The notes beneath the pieces are model-generated. The model was not told the DNA's origin. It was given only the letters and a program-made list of their open reading frames with translations, and searched no databases. Source: a bacterium (GTDB lineage: Bacteria > Hinthialibacterota > Hinthialibacteria > Hinthialibacterales > Hinthialibacteraceae). From it: a DNA stretch of 38,250 bases. Shown piece by piece: positions 27,339 through 36,912 of the stretch. Numbering within the stretch: the stretch's first letter is position 1; each line of letters begins with the position of its first letter. The stretch lies in contig JBHGBC010000047.1 of assembly GCA_041946805.1 (NCBI GenBank), positions 1-38,250 of the forward strand. Reading direction: 5' to 3'. The translations under genes were made by a program, and so were the position numbers.

Positions 27339-28406
27339 ATGACCACAGCATGTCTTTCCCGACGGCAATTTCTCCAAGGCGCGGCCGCCCTCGGGGCGTT
27401 GCCGCTCAGCCTGGTGGAACTTGCATTCGCCGAAGAGAAGAAAAATTTCACCTTTGCCTACATCTCGGACGCGCACATCCAACAGATCAAAGGTTCCGTC
27501 TTCGTCAACAATTGGGACCGCGGCCTGATCCGGGCGGTGGCCGAGACCAATCTGCTCACCCCCAAACCCGACTTCGTCATGTTTGGAGGCGACCTCGCCC
27601 AGTTGGGCAAAAAGGAAGAACTCGACCACGGGGCCGGATTGCTCTCCAAACTCGACAATAAAGTGCGCTGCGTGATGGGGGAACATGACTATTATCTGGA
27701 CCTGGGAAAATACTGGTCCAAATTGTTCGGCCCCCAGTACTACAGTTGGGATCACAAGGGCGTGCACTTCATCACCCTGAACAGCATCCTCACCTACGAC
27801 GAGTGGACCCACAACCGGTGGCCCACCGCCGAGCAACGCATGCAGGAAATGGCGGGTCTCGACAATCCCAACGGCTCGCCCTTCATGGTCGGTGAGGAAC
27901 AGCGGAAATGGCTCCAGAAAGACCTCGCGAAGGTGAACAAAAAAACCCCTATCGTGGTGTTCTCCCATTCCCCGATTCAAAAGATCTACAAGGGCTGGAA
28001 TTTCTGGACCGAGGACGCCGAAGAGGTGCAGACCCTGCTCCGGCCTTTCGAGTCCGTCAACGTCATCTATGGACACGTGCATCAGATCCAGTACAACCAG
28101 ATCGGAAACATCAGTTTCAATTCCGTGATGGCGACCGCCTGGCCCTGGCCTTATCCCCAGAGCTACAAGCAGGCCGAAAGCCATTTGCCCAAACTCACGG
28201 TCCCGATGAACCGCGCCGATCCCTTCTTCGAACGGGACGCCAACGGCTGGCAGCTCATTGATCTGAAAAACGGGCGCGTGGCCCTGCACTACAACCTGTG
28301 GAACAATACCAACCGCACCGTGGCGTTCAATCCGGAAACGAAACAACCCGAAGACACGGTGTATCAATCGCCGGACCACCGCATTCCACCCCAAACCCAT
28401 TACTGA
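27339..28406 (+). CDS. Tat-exported calcineurin-like metallophosphoesterase
   Basis: SRRQFLQG twin-arginine signal; SDAH, GGD, GEHD, SHSP, GHVH; RBS AAGGAGG. Confidence 0.92.
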   Translation: MTTACLSRRQFLQGAAALGALPLSLVELAFAEEKKNFTFAYISDAHIQQIKGSVFVNNWDRGLIRAVAETNLLTPKPDFVMFGGDLAQLGKKEELDHGAGLLSKLDNKVRCVMGEHDYYLDLGKYWSKLFGPQYYSWDHKGVHFITLNSILTYDEWTHNRWPTAEQRMQEMAGLDNPNGSPFMVGEEQRKWLQKDLAKVNKKTPIVVFSHSPIQKIYKGWNFWTEDAEEVQTLLRPFESVNVIYGHVHQIQYNQIGNISFNSVMATAWPWPYPQSYKQAESHLPKLTVPMNRADPFFERDANGWQLIDLKNGRVALHYNLWNNTNRTVAFNPETKQPEDTVYQSPDHRIPPQTHY

Positions 28407-28442
28407 GAATGAATGTATTCAAAAGAAACAAAGGAGACGTCC

Positions 28443-28871
28443 ATGTCGAAAACAACCTTGCGTATCATGATTTCCTTGGTCGGTTTGCTCATCGCGGCCG
28501 GGGCCTTCGTTACGGTTCTGGACACGCCCCGGGCGGATGAGTTCAACGACAAGGAACTGGAACGGTGGCAACAGGAATTCATGAGCGTGGTCGAGAAAGG
28601 CCGCGCCCTGTGGGTCAGCGCGGAACTGGGGACCAACGGCGTGGCCTGCGCCCAATGTCATCCCAACGCCGCCAACACCCATCCCGAAACCTACCCGAAA
28701 TTCCAACAGCAATTAGGCAAGGTGATCGCCCTGCGCGAGATGATCAACTGGTGCTTGATCAATCCCCTCGAAGGCAAGGCCCTGCCGCTCGACGATCCCC
28801 GAATGGTCGCCATCGAAGCGTATATCACGTACGAACGGCGCGGCGTGCCGCTCGAACCGGGCAAGCACTGA
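28443..28871 (+). CDS. monoheme cytochrome c, SoxA/TsdA-like
   Basis: Signal peptide; CAQCH; YPKF...LREMINWCLINPLEG...AIEAYI; RBS AAGGAG. Confidence 0.85.
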   Translation: MSKTTLRIMISLVGLLIAAGAFVTVLDTPRADEFNDKELERWQQEFMSVVEKGRALWVSAELGTNGVACAQCHPNAANTHPETYPKFQQQLGKVIALREMINWCLINPLEGKALPLDDPRMVAIEAYITYERRGVPLEPGKH

Positions 28872-28900
28872 ACGGTAAACGCATACGATTAGTGTTCCTC

Positions 28901-28939
28901 ATCCCCGCCTCCCTAAGATGCCGGAGGCGGGGATTTTTT
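28901..28939 (+). terminator. rho-independent terminator
   Basis: ATCCCCGCCTCC / GGAGGCGGGGAT 12-bp stem followed by a T run. Confidence 0.85.
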
Positions 28940-28968
28940 CACCAGCGGGCCGCAGCTGAACTCCGCCA

Positions 28969-29535
28969 TCACCCCGCCGCGTCTAACCCAAACCGCCGGC
29001 GTTCTGTATACATCGATCCGGACGGTTGCAGCACGCTCTCCATCAGCGAAAACGATTCCACCCGCATCGTCCCCAGCGACAGGTCCTGGTATTTCTCCGG
29101 ATTCTTGAAAAACACCTTGACATTCCGGTTGCTCCGGCCGATGGTCAAGTGGGCTGAAAACGGTTTGCGGTCGAAGCCGATCTCCGCTTCCTCCAGCGCT
29201 TGGCGGATGAGTTTCTCCAACGCGTTCAACGACGCTTCCCCCTGCCGGCAGCCGATCCATAGCACCGACAGTGGGCCACGCGGAGGAAACTGCCCCACCC
29301 CGCCCAGCTCGATGGGAAACGGCTGCACCCGCTCCCCCACGGGTTTCAGGCCGGCCTCCAGTTTCGGAACCGCTTCCAGCGGGATCTCCCCCAGAAATTT
29401 CAGTGTCAAATGGCAATTTTCCGCCCGCGTCCACCGGATGCCGGATACCGCGGGGGTCAGGATTTTTTGGATTTTTTCGATCGATTCCAACCAGCGCTGG
29501 TCCATATTCACGGAAATAAACGCGCGCATTGACAT
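28969..29535 (-). CDS. thpR: RNA 2',3'-cyclic phosphodiesterase (2H phosphoesterase)
   Basis: MRAFI, HLTLKFLG, FSAHLTIGR, LMESVL. Confidence 0.93.
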   Translation of the reverse strand: MSMRAFISVNMDQRWLESIEKIQKILTPAVSGIRWTRAENCHLTLKFLGEIPLEAVPKLEAGLKPVGERVQPFPIELGGVGQFPPRGPLSVLWIGCRQGEASLNALEKLIRQALEEAEIGFDRKPFSAHLTIGRSNRNVKVFFKNPEKYQDLSLGTMRVESFSLMESVLQPSGSMYTERRRFGLDAAG

Positions 29536-29628
29536 TTTCCTTCCCTGGGTATTCCCAAAATCCCGCATTCCTGCTTGACCGGATCCGGTGACTGTCCTTA
29601 CTATTCCTCCCGAAAAGGAGATTTGTCA

Positions 29629-31545
29629 ATGCAATGGATTTACTGGCCCGCCATCCTGGGTTTGGGAGCCACGGCCCAATTTTTCATCGTGCGGCATCAG
29701 CTCCTGCCTGGCCTGCTGCTCTACCTGATGGGTGGCGCGTGGCTTGCCTTTCGCAGTTTTCCGGCACCGGCCTCATTTCCCGGCTCCGGTGATTCACCGG
29801 CCACCGCGATGCCGCCGCGCTGGAGAACTCTCCTCGAATGGAGCTTGCTGATCCTGGCCCTGGCGGCCGCGGGTCTGGCCATCGGATGGGTCCGCTCCGG
29901 CGCGCGTCCCCTGCCGCCGCATCCGGAGCATCTGGCTTATGCGCTGTATAGCTGGCTGGCCTTTCTGGTTTTCAGCCTGTTGTGGTTCGGATTGACCCTG
30001 TGGGATGACCTCCGCCACGAAACGCGGCGTTCCCTGGCCCCTCTCCTGATCCTGCTGGGGATCTCGCTCACCCTGGGCTTGTTCCGCCTGACCACGGCGC
30101 CCTTCACGGTCCATGGCGACGAAGGCATGGTCGGCCTCCATGCCCGCCTGATTCTGGAAGGGAAAATCGATTCGTTCTTTTCCACCTCGTGGTATTCCAT
30201 CCCCCAGTTCTTCTTCGCGATTCCCGCGGGGGGACTTTATCTTTTCGGCGACAATCTCTTCGGTTTGCGCATGAGCACGGTCATCCTGGGAACCCTCAGC
30301 GTGATTCCCTTCTACTTACTAGTCCGCGGATGGTGGGGGGAAAAAACAGCGGTCTTCGCCACGCTGGCGTTGATCACCAACCACTGGTTCATTCATCTCC
30401 TCCACTGCGGGGTGAATTATGTGCAGGTTTCGTTTTTCACCATCACCCTGTTGACGCTCTGGGCCTATGCTCATCACCGCCGCTCCCGGACCGCGTGCGT
30501 GGGCGCGGGGATCGTGATGGGCCTGGGATTGATGTCCTACCAGGCCAACCACCTGCTGCCCATTTTATGGACCGCCTCACAAATCTGGATCGCTCTGCTG
30601 CGCCGCCCCCCGCTCCGGTGGACGCTGGCGTCGACCGGCGTGCCGCTGGCCATCGCGGCCCTGGTCCTGGCTCCCCTGCTGGTCCACGATTACACCCGCG
30701 CGGGCCGGACGGAAATGTTCCAAACCCGCGCCCAGGGCGTCGTGGCCTGGACGCCGGACAACCTGCGCCATCTGGATTCGGTCTATCACGCGGGCGGGGA
30801 CATCAGTTGGATCTTCCGCCGGCAGATGGAACGGGCCTTCCTCTCTCCCATCCTCTATGCCGATACCAGCATGCAATACAACGGCCAGGCCCCGTTTTTG
30901 AATCCCGTTCTCTCTGTCTTGTTCATGCTGGGCGTGACGGCCGCCGCTTTCCGCTTTTATGACATACGCGGATCGGTCCCCGTGGGCTGGATCGTGGGAA
31001 TTCTGCTGGCGGGCGGAGTCTTGACCGTGGACGCGCCTTTTTTCCCCCGGCTGGCGGGCGCGGCCCCTCTGCTGTTCTTACCCATGGCCGGCGTCATGTC
31101 CCGCTGGTTCGGGGAGGGTCCGGTTTCCCTAAAATCCATTCCGGCCCTGTTCCTCGCCGCGGCGGTGTTCGTGTCAGCCGGGATCGACCTGGGTCATTAT
31201 TTCGGGACCTACGCGCGAACCATCGATCCAGCCGGCATCCACTACGCGCAAACCCGCATGGCCTACATCATTCAAAGCCGGGGGGCCGATCAATTCGCCT
31301 ATATCCTGCGCGGGCCGCATTTTTCCTTTGGCAGCGGCACCGTCCAGTTTCTGGCCAAGGGACACCGGGGCCTGGACATCGACCGCCTGCCGGACTCGAT
31401 GCTCCAGGAAAATGCTTATTTTATCGTGGATGAATCGCAAGCGGCCCTGTTGCCCGCCTTGAAAGAACGGTTCCCGGCTTATACGATTCACGAGTATACA
31501 AATCCACCAGGACAGCGGATCTTCATCTCTCTGACGCCGGATTGA
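29629..31545 (+). CDS. GT-C membrane glycosyltransferase (ArnT/PMT, GT39/GT83-like)
   Basis: Many transmembrane segments; HGDEG acidic loop; LFGDNLFGLRM; RBS AAGGAG. Confidence 0.8.
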   Translation: MQWIYWPAILGLGATAQFFIVRHQLLPGLLLYLMGGAWLAFRSFPAPASFPGSGDSPATAMPPRWRTLLEWSLLILALAAAGLAIGWVRSGARPLPPHPEHLAYALYSWLAFLVFSLLWFGLTLWDDLRHETRRSLAPLLILLGISLTLGLFRLTTAPFTVHGDEGMVGLHARLILEGKIDSFFSTSWYSIPQFFFAIPAGGLYLFGDNLFGLRMSTVILGTLSVIPFYLLVRGWWGEKTAVFATLALITNHWFIHLLHCGVNYVQVSFFTITLLTLWAYAHHRRSRTACVGAGIVMGLGLMSYQANHLLPILWTASQIWIALLRRPPLRWTLASTGVPLAIAALVLAPLLVHDYTRAGRTEMFQTRAQGVVAWTPDNLRHLDSVYHAGGDISWIFRRQMERAFLSPILYADTSMQYNGQAPFLNPVLSVLFMLGVTAAAFRFYDIRGSVPVGWIVGILLAGGVLTVDAPFFPRLAGAAPLLFLPMAGVMSRWFGEGPVSLKSIPALFLAAAVFVSAGIDLGHYFGTYARTIDPAGIHYAQTRMAYIIQSRGADQFAYILRGPHFSFGSGTVQFLAKGHRGLDIDRLPDSMLQENAYFIVDESQAALLPALKERFPAYTIHEYTNPPGQRIFISLTPD

Positions 31546-31555
31546 TCAACAACCC

Positions 31556-32188
31556 ATGCCCTCCACCCTCAAGGTTTTCTATCAAAACGTCTTCCATCAT
31601 CTCAAGACCACTGGATCCATCGCGCCCAGCTCGCGTTTTTTGGCGGAAGCGATGGTCAAACACGTGAAACACCCGGGCGCGCCCCTGCGCATCCTGGAGG
31701 CGGGGCCGGGAACCGGTCCCTTCACCAAGCGCATCGCCGCGCTCATCGACGGCCAAGACCATCTGGACCTCTGCGAGCTCAACGATCAATTCGTGGAGCA
31801 TCTGCGCCGCCTGATTCAGGTTCACCCCGATCTGAACCGCCACCAGGCCCAGATTGAAATTCACCACAAACCGGTCCAGGAACTGGCCGGAGAAAACCGG
31901 TATGACTACATCATCTCCGGATTGCCGTTCAATAATTTCGAACCGGAACTGGTGCGGGAGATCCTGGAGGGGTATCAGCGGCTGCTCAAGCCGGAAGGCA
32001 CACTCAGTTTCTTCGAATACGCAGGCATCCGGGCCATCAAACCCTGCATCACATACGGCCGGGAAAAGATCCGGGTGAAAGCCGTGGACGGCGTGCTCAA
32101 CCAATTTCTCACCCAATACGAAAAAGAGCGGATTTTTGTTCTGTTGAACCTGCCCCCCTCGATCGTGCACGTCTGCCGGTTTCAGTGA
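31556..32188 (+). CDS. class I SAM-dependent methyltransferase (phospholipid N-methyltransferase-like)
   Basis: TGSIAPSSRFLA, LEAGPGTG, ISGLPF, NLPP. Confidence 0.88.
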   Translation: MPSTLKVFYQNVFHHLKTTGSIAPSSRFLAEAMVKHVKHPGAPLRILEAGPGTGPFTKRIAALIDGQDHLDLCELNDQFVEHLRRLIQVHPDLNRHQAQIEIHHKPVQELAGENRYDYIISGLPFNNFEPELVREILEGYQRLLKPEGTLSFFEYAGIRAIKPCITYGREKIRVKAVDGVLNQFLTQYEKERIFVLLNLPPSIVHVCRFQ

Positions 32189-32210
32189 ACCGGATTTTCC
32201 CCCGCCGGCC

Positions 32211-34241
32211 TCACGCAGGAGGCCAACCCGTCATCCCCTCGCTGGGATCATCCAAGGGATTCTCGATCACCTGCTGCAAAGCGTTGACCACATCGGGATC
32301 GTACGACCGTCTCCCCAGGCGGGAGATGATCCGCATGGCTTTATCGGAGGCGTGCCGGCTAGGCCGCCCCTCCCCCTCCCACCGGTGCAGCAAGGTCGCG
32401 AACGCGTTGGCCACGGCAATGATCCGTGAACCGAGTGGGATTTTGTTGCCCTTGAGCCCATCGGGAAATCCCTGCCCGTTCCAGGCCTCGTTCACGTGAT
32501 AGACGATGTCACCCACCTCCTTGGGCAGGCCGAGGGATTGCACAAACCGCAAACTGAGTTCGGCCTTTTTCTGCTGCACGGTATGAAACGATGACTCTTG
32601 CTGATCCGCTCCCAGCAGGCCGGATTCATGCAGCAGGGAGGCGTAAGTAATGTTTTGGAACAGAGCCTCGGGCAGATTCAACACGCGGGCGATCCGCTGC
32701 GCCCAGAGACAGGTTTGCACCGTGATCCCCGGGGTGCCGGGATCCTGCGTCTCGATCAGATTGGCGATGCTCTTCAGGGCGTTGACCGTGATGGTGCGCT
32801 CGCCCTCATGCAGGCAGGCGTTCTTGATGGCCATCACCGCCTGCTCCGCGAAGGTCAATAGAATATCGCGGTCCCCGGGAGTGAAATCCATTTCCTTGTC
32901 GGCCACCGTGATCACCCCCTGGACGTCCTGGTCGATCATGGCCACCGCGAGATACGAATCCTCGTAATAACGTTCTTCGCCCGTCCGCCAGGGGGGCGGC
33001 AGTTTTCCGCCCGGATGATATAAAAACGGATTGTAATGCTCCGCCACCCACCCCGGCAATCCCACGCCCAGCGGCAATGGCTTCTGGCCGACTTCGTTCT
33101 CTTCCAGCCCCAGGCAGACCACGGGAATCAGCCGATCCTGGATCGAATCGAGATACATGATGGAGCATTTACGCACCTTCAACAGTTGACGGGCCAACTG
33201 CCCGATACGGGGCAGGAGATCCTTGGTGGTGACGGCCGGATTGGTGATCCGGTGCACCACGTGAATGGTGCTCAGGGCCTTGCGGCTTTTCTCGATCCGC
33301 TGCAAGGTCAGGGCGTTGCCCAGGGCCGCGGCGCCGCTGGTGGCCAGCAGCCGGATCAGATCCATCTTCGTGTCCGAAAACGATTGCAGACGGGCGGCGA
33401 ACGATATGAAGACGCCCACCAGTTCCAGATTCCGGTAGAACGGGACCGCCAGGCAAATGGCATGGTCCGGGGGCGTCTGGAATTGAAAATCAGCCAGTTC
33501 CTTTTCCAGCCACTGACGAAGCGGATCCCCGGCCTCCAATTCCACGATCCACCCCGATCCCGCCGGCACCCGCTCCTGGAAGAGCATCTGGGATACTCCC
33601 ACGTTGCGCAGCTTCAAGAGGCCGGCGGGATATAGGCAGACGCCGGCCGGGAACAATTCCCCGTCCTGGTTGGTGAGCAGAATCATGCCGCCGTCCAGGC
33701 TGATGGCGCTGCACAGCTCCCGCATGACCCGCTCCAGCAGGTCCTCCAGGTCGACCACGGTGATGGTCTCCGACCACACGGTGTGCACCAGCTCGAGGTC
33801 ATCGTGATCCTCCAGCGCCCCCGAGAGCAATGACAGGTAGCCATGCACGGTCCGGATGACCTTCTGCAATTGGGGATACCGCGATGACGGGACATGGCAG
33901 ATGCCAATGCCGCCCAGGAACTGGTTGCGGTACCAGCAGCCGGCCAGGCCCTGGCCTTCTCCGCACGCCACGACGCCCGCGGATCCGTTGGACTCTTCCG
34001 GCGCGGCGACGAGATAGCCTTTCTCCTTCAACAACGGCAGGAGAGTGTCCCGGGGGATCCGGAGGGGGCAGAGCGGACCGTCTTCCCGCGGAGGAAACGG
34101 GCCTTGACTCCAGATTTCGTCCACCATCCACCAGCCGGCCCCGGACAAGAGCGGGCTCATCCCGTGATAGAGATCGAGAAGATATGGATTCTGTACGATG
34201 TCCTTGAAGTGGATGTGATGCGGCAACTCAATCTTTATCAT
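32211..34241 (-). CDS. tandem GAF plus degenerate HD-GYP domain protein
   Basis: Two GAF-like regions; C-terminal LLHESG and HVNEAWNGQGFPDGLKGNKIPLGSRIIAVANAF; ATG 34241 overlaps the glnD 3' end. Confidence 0.85.
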   Translation of the reverse strand: MIKIELPHHIHFKDIVQNPYLLDLYHGMSPLLSGAGWWMVDEIWSQGPFPPREDGPLCPLRIPRDTLLPLLKEKGYLVAAPEESNGSAGVVACGEGQGLAGCWYRNQFLGGIGICHVPSSRYPQLQKVIRTVHGYLSLLSGALEDHDDLELVHTVWSETITVVDLEDLLERVMRELCSAISLDGGMILLTNQDGELFPAGVCLYPAGLLKLRNVGVSQMLFQERVPAGSGWIVELEAGDPLRQWLEKELADFQFQTPPDHAICLAVPFYRNLELVGVFISFAARLQSFSDTKMDLIRLLATSGAAALGNALTLQRIEKSRKALSTIHVVHRITNPAVTTKDLLPRIGQLARQLLKVRKCSIMYLDSIQDRLIPVVCLGLEENEVGQKPLPLGVGLPGWVAEHYNPFLYHPGGKLPPPWRTGEERYYEDSYLAVAMIDQDVQGVITVADKEMDFTPGDRDILLTFAEQAVMAIKNACLHEGERTITVNALKSIANLIETQDPGTPGITVQTCLWAQRIARVLNLPEALFQNITYASLLHESGLLGADQQESSFHTVQQKKAELSLRFVQSLGLPKEVGDIVYHVNEAWNGQGFPDGLKGNKIPLGSRIIAVANAFATLLHRWEGEGRPSRHASDKAMRIISRLGRRSYDPDVVNALQQVIENPLDDPSEGMTGWPPA

Positions 34242-36873
34242 GGTTCTCCGCCGGATTGAGCCGGTCCTGCAAGGCTTGCTGAAGCGTCGACACCATCTCG
34301 GGATCGTTGATCTTCCCGCCGGCCGAATCCGCCACATAAAACACGTCCGTCACCCGGTTGCCCTCGGTGATGATCCGCGCGAAATGAATGTTGATGTTCA
34401 TGGACGACAACACCGACGACAAGTCCATCAACAATCCATGCCGGTCCGCGCACCGGATCACGATCACCGTGAACCGGGCGGAACTGTCGTTCGAAATCTT
34501 GACCGTGCTTTCGAAACTGCTGCGCCCCAGCGAGACCGGCCCCACTCCCCGCGGAACGGGCGGCATCTTCGCGTCCGGCGCCAGGATCCGCCGGATCCGG
34601 TCCAGGAGCAGATTCCGGCGGCCGGGCGGGATTTCCAGGTTCCCCAAGGCGTCCCGGATTACGAGGATGTTGGCGACAATGCCATCCGAGCGCGTATTCA
34701 GGCGCGCCTCGATGATGCTGAAGTTCTCCAGCATCATCGCCGCGCAGATCCGGTTGAACAGCCCCACCCGGTCCCGGCACACGACTAATATCTCCCAACT
34801 TCCCGGATTTTCATAGGGTACGAAACGGGTCACCGGATGGATTCCGTCAAACTCCTGGATTGCTTCCAGGTGAGCCCGGATGGCTTCCGGGGTTTGGAAC
34901 AACAGGTAACTGGGAGGGAGCCGGTTCAGATGTTCCTCGATGACCGCCTGGGTGAAATGCGGCCGCAATGACCGCGTGATGATCTCCTTGCGCGAGGGCA
35001 CCGGGGCGCGCTCCGTTTCCCGGGCCGGCGCCTCGCTCAGGAAAATGTCCCGCGCGGCGAGATACAACTGCCAGAGCAGGTTGTTTTTCCACTCCGTCAT
35101 GGCCTCCGGCGACACGGAGCGCATGTCGACATAAGTCATGAGGTACATCATGTCGAGAACATCCTGGCTTTCGAACGTGTCCGTGAAATCCGCCGCCACC
35201 TGGGGATCGGTCAGGTCCCGGTGCTGGGCGGTATGACTCATGGCCAGGTGGTGTTTGACCAGAAAGATCAGTTGGTTGCGCTTCTCCTCGGGCAGCCGCA
35301 GGCGCCGGGCGATATCATCCACCAGCCGCGCCCCGGTGATCGCGTGCGGCGCGCCGTTTTTCCCCTTGCCGATGTCATGAAACAGCACCGCCAGCCGCAA
35401 CACGTCCCGGCGCCGGCAGTCCTGCCAGATCGTGTACCGCTCCGCCGCGTAATTCATGATGTCCGCGCGCAGGTTCTCCAAATGGTACAGGCAGAGCCAC
35501 GAATGCTCGTCCACGGTGTACCGGTGCACCAGGTCGTACCGGACCAGCGAGGCGATGCCCCGCCATTCCGGCAGGATCCGCTCCAGCAGCCCCGTGCGGC
35601 GCATCTCCTGGACCGCCCCGTCGATCGGACCAGGCAGCGCGAAAAATTGCCGCAGCAACGCCGCGTTGTGCTTGTCGTGCAAGAAGGCCTGGTCCACCTG
35701 CTCCAGGTTGTCCTGGATAGCCATGGCCGTATCGGGGGCCAGCAGGGCTTGATGCTCCGCCGCGTGGATGAAAGTCTGGAGAATCCGCCGGGGATCGTGC
35801 TCGTAAAAATGCAGGTCCGGCGGCACGCAAAGCCGGTTGCCCCGCAGCGAGAATCCATCCGGCAATATCTTCCGCAGACGCAGGCGGACCGACCGCCAGA
35901 AGGGCCGCGGCGCGCAGGCGGCGATCAGCTTTTCCGCGAACTCGCAAATGGTCAGCGCGTGGCGGTAGTAATCCCGCATCATGGTCTCTTCCGCCAGCCG
36001 CCCGGGGAGGTCCGTGTACCCCAGCCGGCGGGAGATGTCCAACTGCAGGGGAAGCGCCAGCACGTCCTGCTCCTTGCGGGTGAAAAAGTGCAGGTCGTTC
36101 CGCAAGCGCCACAAGAAGGTGACCGCCTCCTCCACCTCGGTCATGGTTTGGTGGTCGATCAGGTTGACGCGGCGCAAATGCAACAGGTTCAGCGTGCGCC
36201 CCTGGCTGAGGGAGCCGATCCACAGCCCGAAGTGGAAATCCCGCAACCCCCCCGGGCTTTCCTTCACGTTGGGTTCGGTGATATTGATGGTCACCCCCTG
36301 GCGGGCCAGCCGCTCTTCCCGCTCCTGCGTCTTGATCCGGATGTGATCCTTCCGGTTGCGGTACAGAACGCGCCAGAGGTCGTGCTTGAATTCCTCGAAC
36401 AGATGCCAGTCGCCCGCCAGAAACCGGCTCTCGGCCATGGCGGTCTGGCTGTGATGGTCGAGATGGGCAATGTCGAACGCCTGCTTGAAACTGCGGCAGG
36501 CATGCCCCACCTTGAATCCCAGGTCATACAGGCACCGGAAGACCGATTTGACCAATTCTTCTTCCTCGCCGCGCAAGGGGGCGTTGTGCAAGAACAACAA
36601 GTCCACGTCCGAGAAGGGATGCATCTGCCGCCGGCCATACCCCCCCTGGGCCAGGAGCAAAATATGTAGGGGCAACTCGTCTTGCCGCAGGATATGCAAC
36701 AGGCGGTCAAGCAGCAGTTCGAGAACTAGATTGTCGGTGATTTCCGTGATCTCGCGCACCAGGACGCGGGGATCCTCGCCCGCCTCGTGCCGGCTTTCAA
36801 GGGTCCGGAAATCACTTTGGTAGTGAGCATAAATGGGGGCTATCTCTGCGAGGACAGGATTCTTCCGCTCCAT
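34228..36873 (-). CDS. glnD: [protein-PII] uridylyltransferase / uridylyl-removing enzyme
   Basis: GGYGRRQMHPFSDVDL, PNVKESPGGLRD, HRYTVDEHS, HDIGKG and two ACT domains (DRVGLF, DRHGLL...DVFYV). Confidence 0.97.
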   Translation of the reverse strand: MERKNPVLAEIAPIYAHYQSDFRTLESRHEAGEDPRVLVREITEITDNLVLELLLDRLLHILRQDELPLHILLLAQGGYGRRQMHPFSDVDLLFLHNAPLRGEEEELVKSVFRCLYDLGFKVGHACRSFKQAFDIAHLDHHSQTAMAESRFLAGDWHLFEEFKHDLWRVLYRNRKDHIRIKTQEREERLARQGVTINITEPNVKESPGGLRDFHFGLWIGSLSQGRTLNLLHLRRVNLIDHQTMTEVEEAVTFLWRLRNDLHFFTRKEQDVLALPLQLDISRRLGYTDLPGRLAEETMMRDYYRHALTICEFAEKLIAACAPRPFWRSVRLRLRKILPDGFSLRGNRLCVPPDLHFYEHDPRRILQTFIHAAEHQALLAPDTAMAIQDNLEQVDQAFLHDKHNAALLRQFFALPGPIDGAVQEMRRTGLLERILPEWRGIASLVRYDLVHRYTVDEHSWLCLYHLENLRADIMNYAAERYTIWQDCRRRDVLRLAVLFHDIGKGKNGAPHAITGARLVDDIARRLRLPEEKRNQLIFLVKHHLAMSHTAQHRDLTDPQVAADFTDTFESQDVLDMMYLMTYVDMRSVSPEAMTEWKNNLLWQLYLAARDIFLSEAPARETERAPVPSRKEIITRSLRPHFTQAVIEEHLNRLPPSYLLFQTPEAIRAHLEAIQEFDGIHPVTRFVPYENPGSWEILVVCRDRVGLFNRICAAMMLENFSIIEARLNTRSDGIVANILVIRDALGNLEIPPGRRNLLLDRIRRILAPDAKMPPVPRGVGPVSLGRSSFESTVKISNDSSARFTVIVIRCADRHGLLMDLSSVLSSMNINIHFARIITEGNRVTDVFYVADSAGGKINDPEMVSTLQQALQDRLNPAENHDKD

Positions 36874-36912
36874 ATTCGTGGGTACACGCGGGCCGTGCCG
36901 ATGATAACTTAC

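Noticed and set aside
26799..28400. 533-aa antisense ORF over the peroxidase/phosphoesterase genes
   Set aside because: Shadow ORF opposite two well-supported genes.
32211..32790. HD-GYP region as a pseudogene
   Set aside because: The reading frame is intact and substitutions concentrate on metal ligands while scaffold motifs are kept.
35221..36669. 482-aa ORF antisense to glnD
   Set aside because: Shadow ORF with no motifs.
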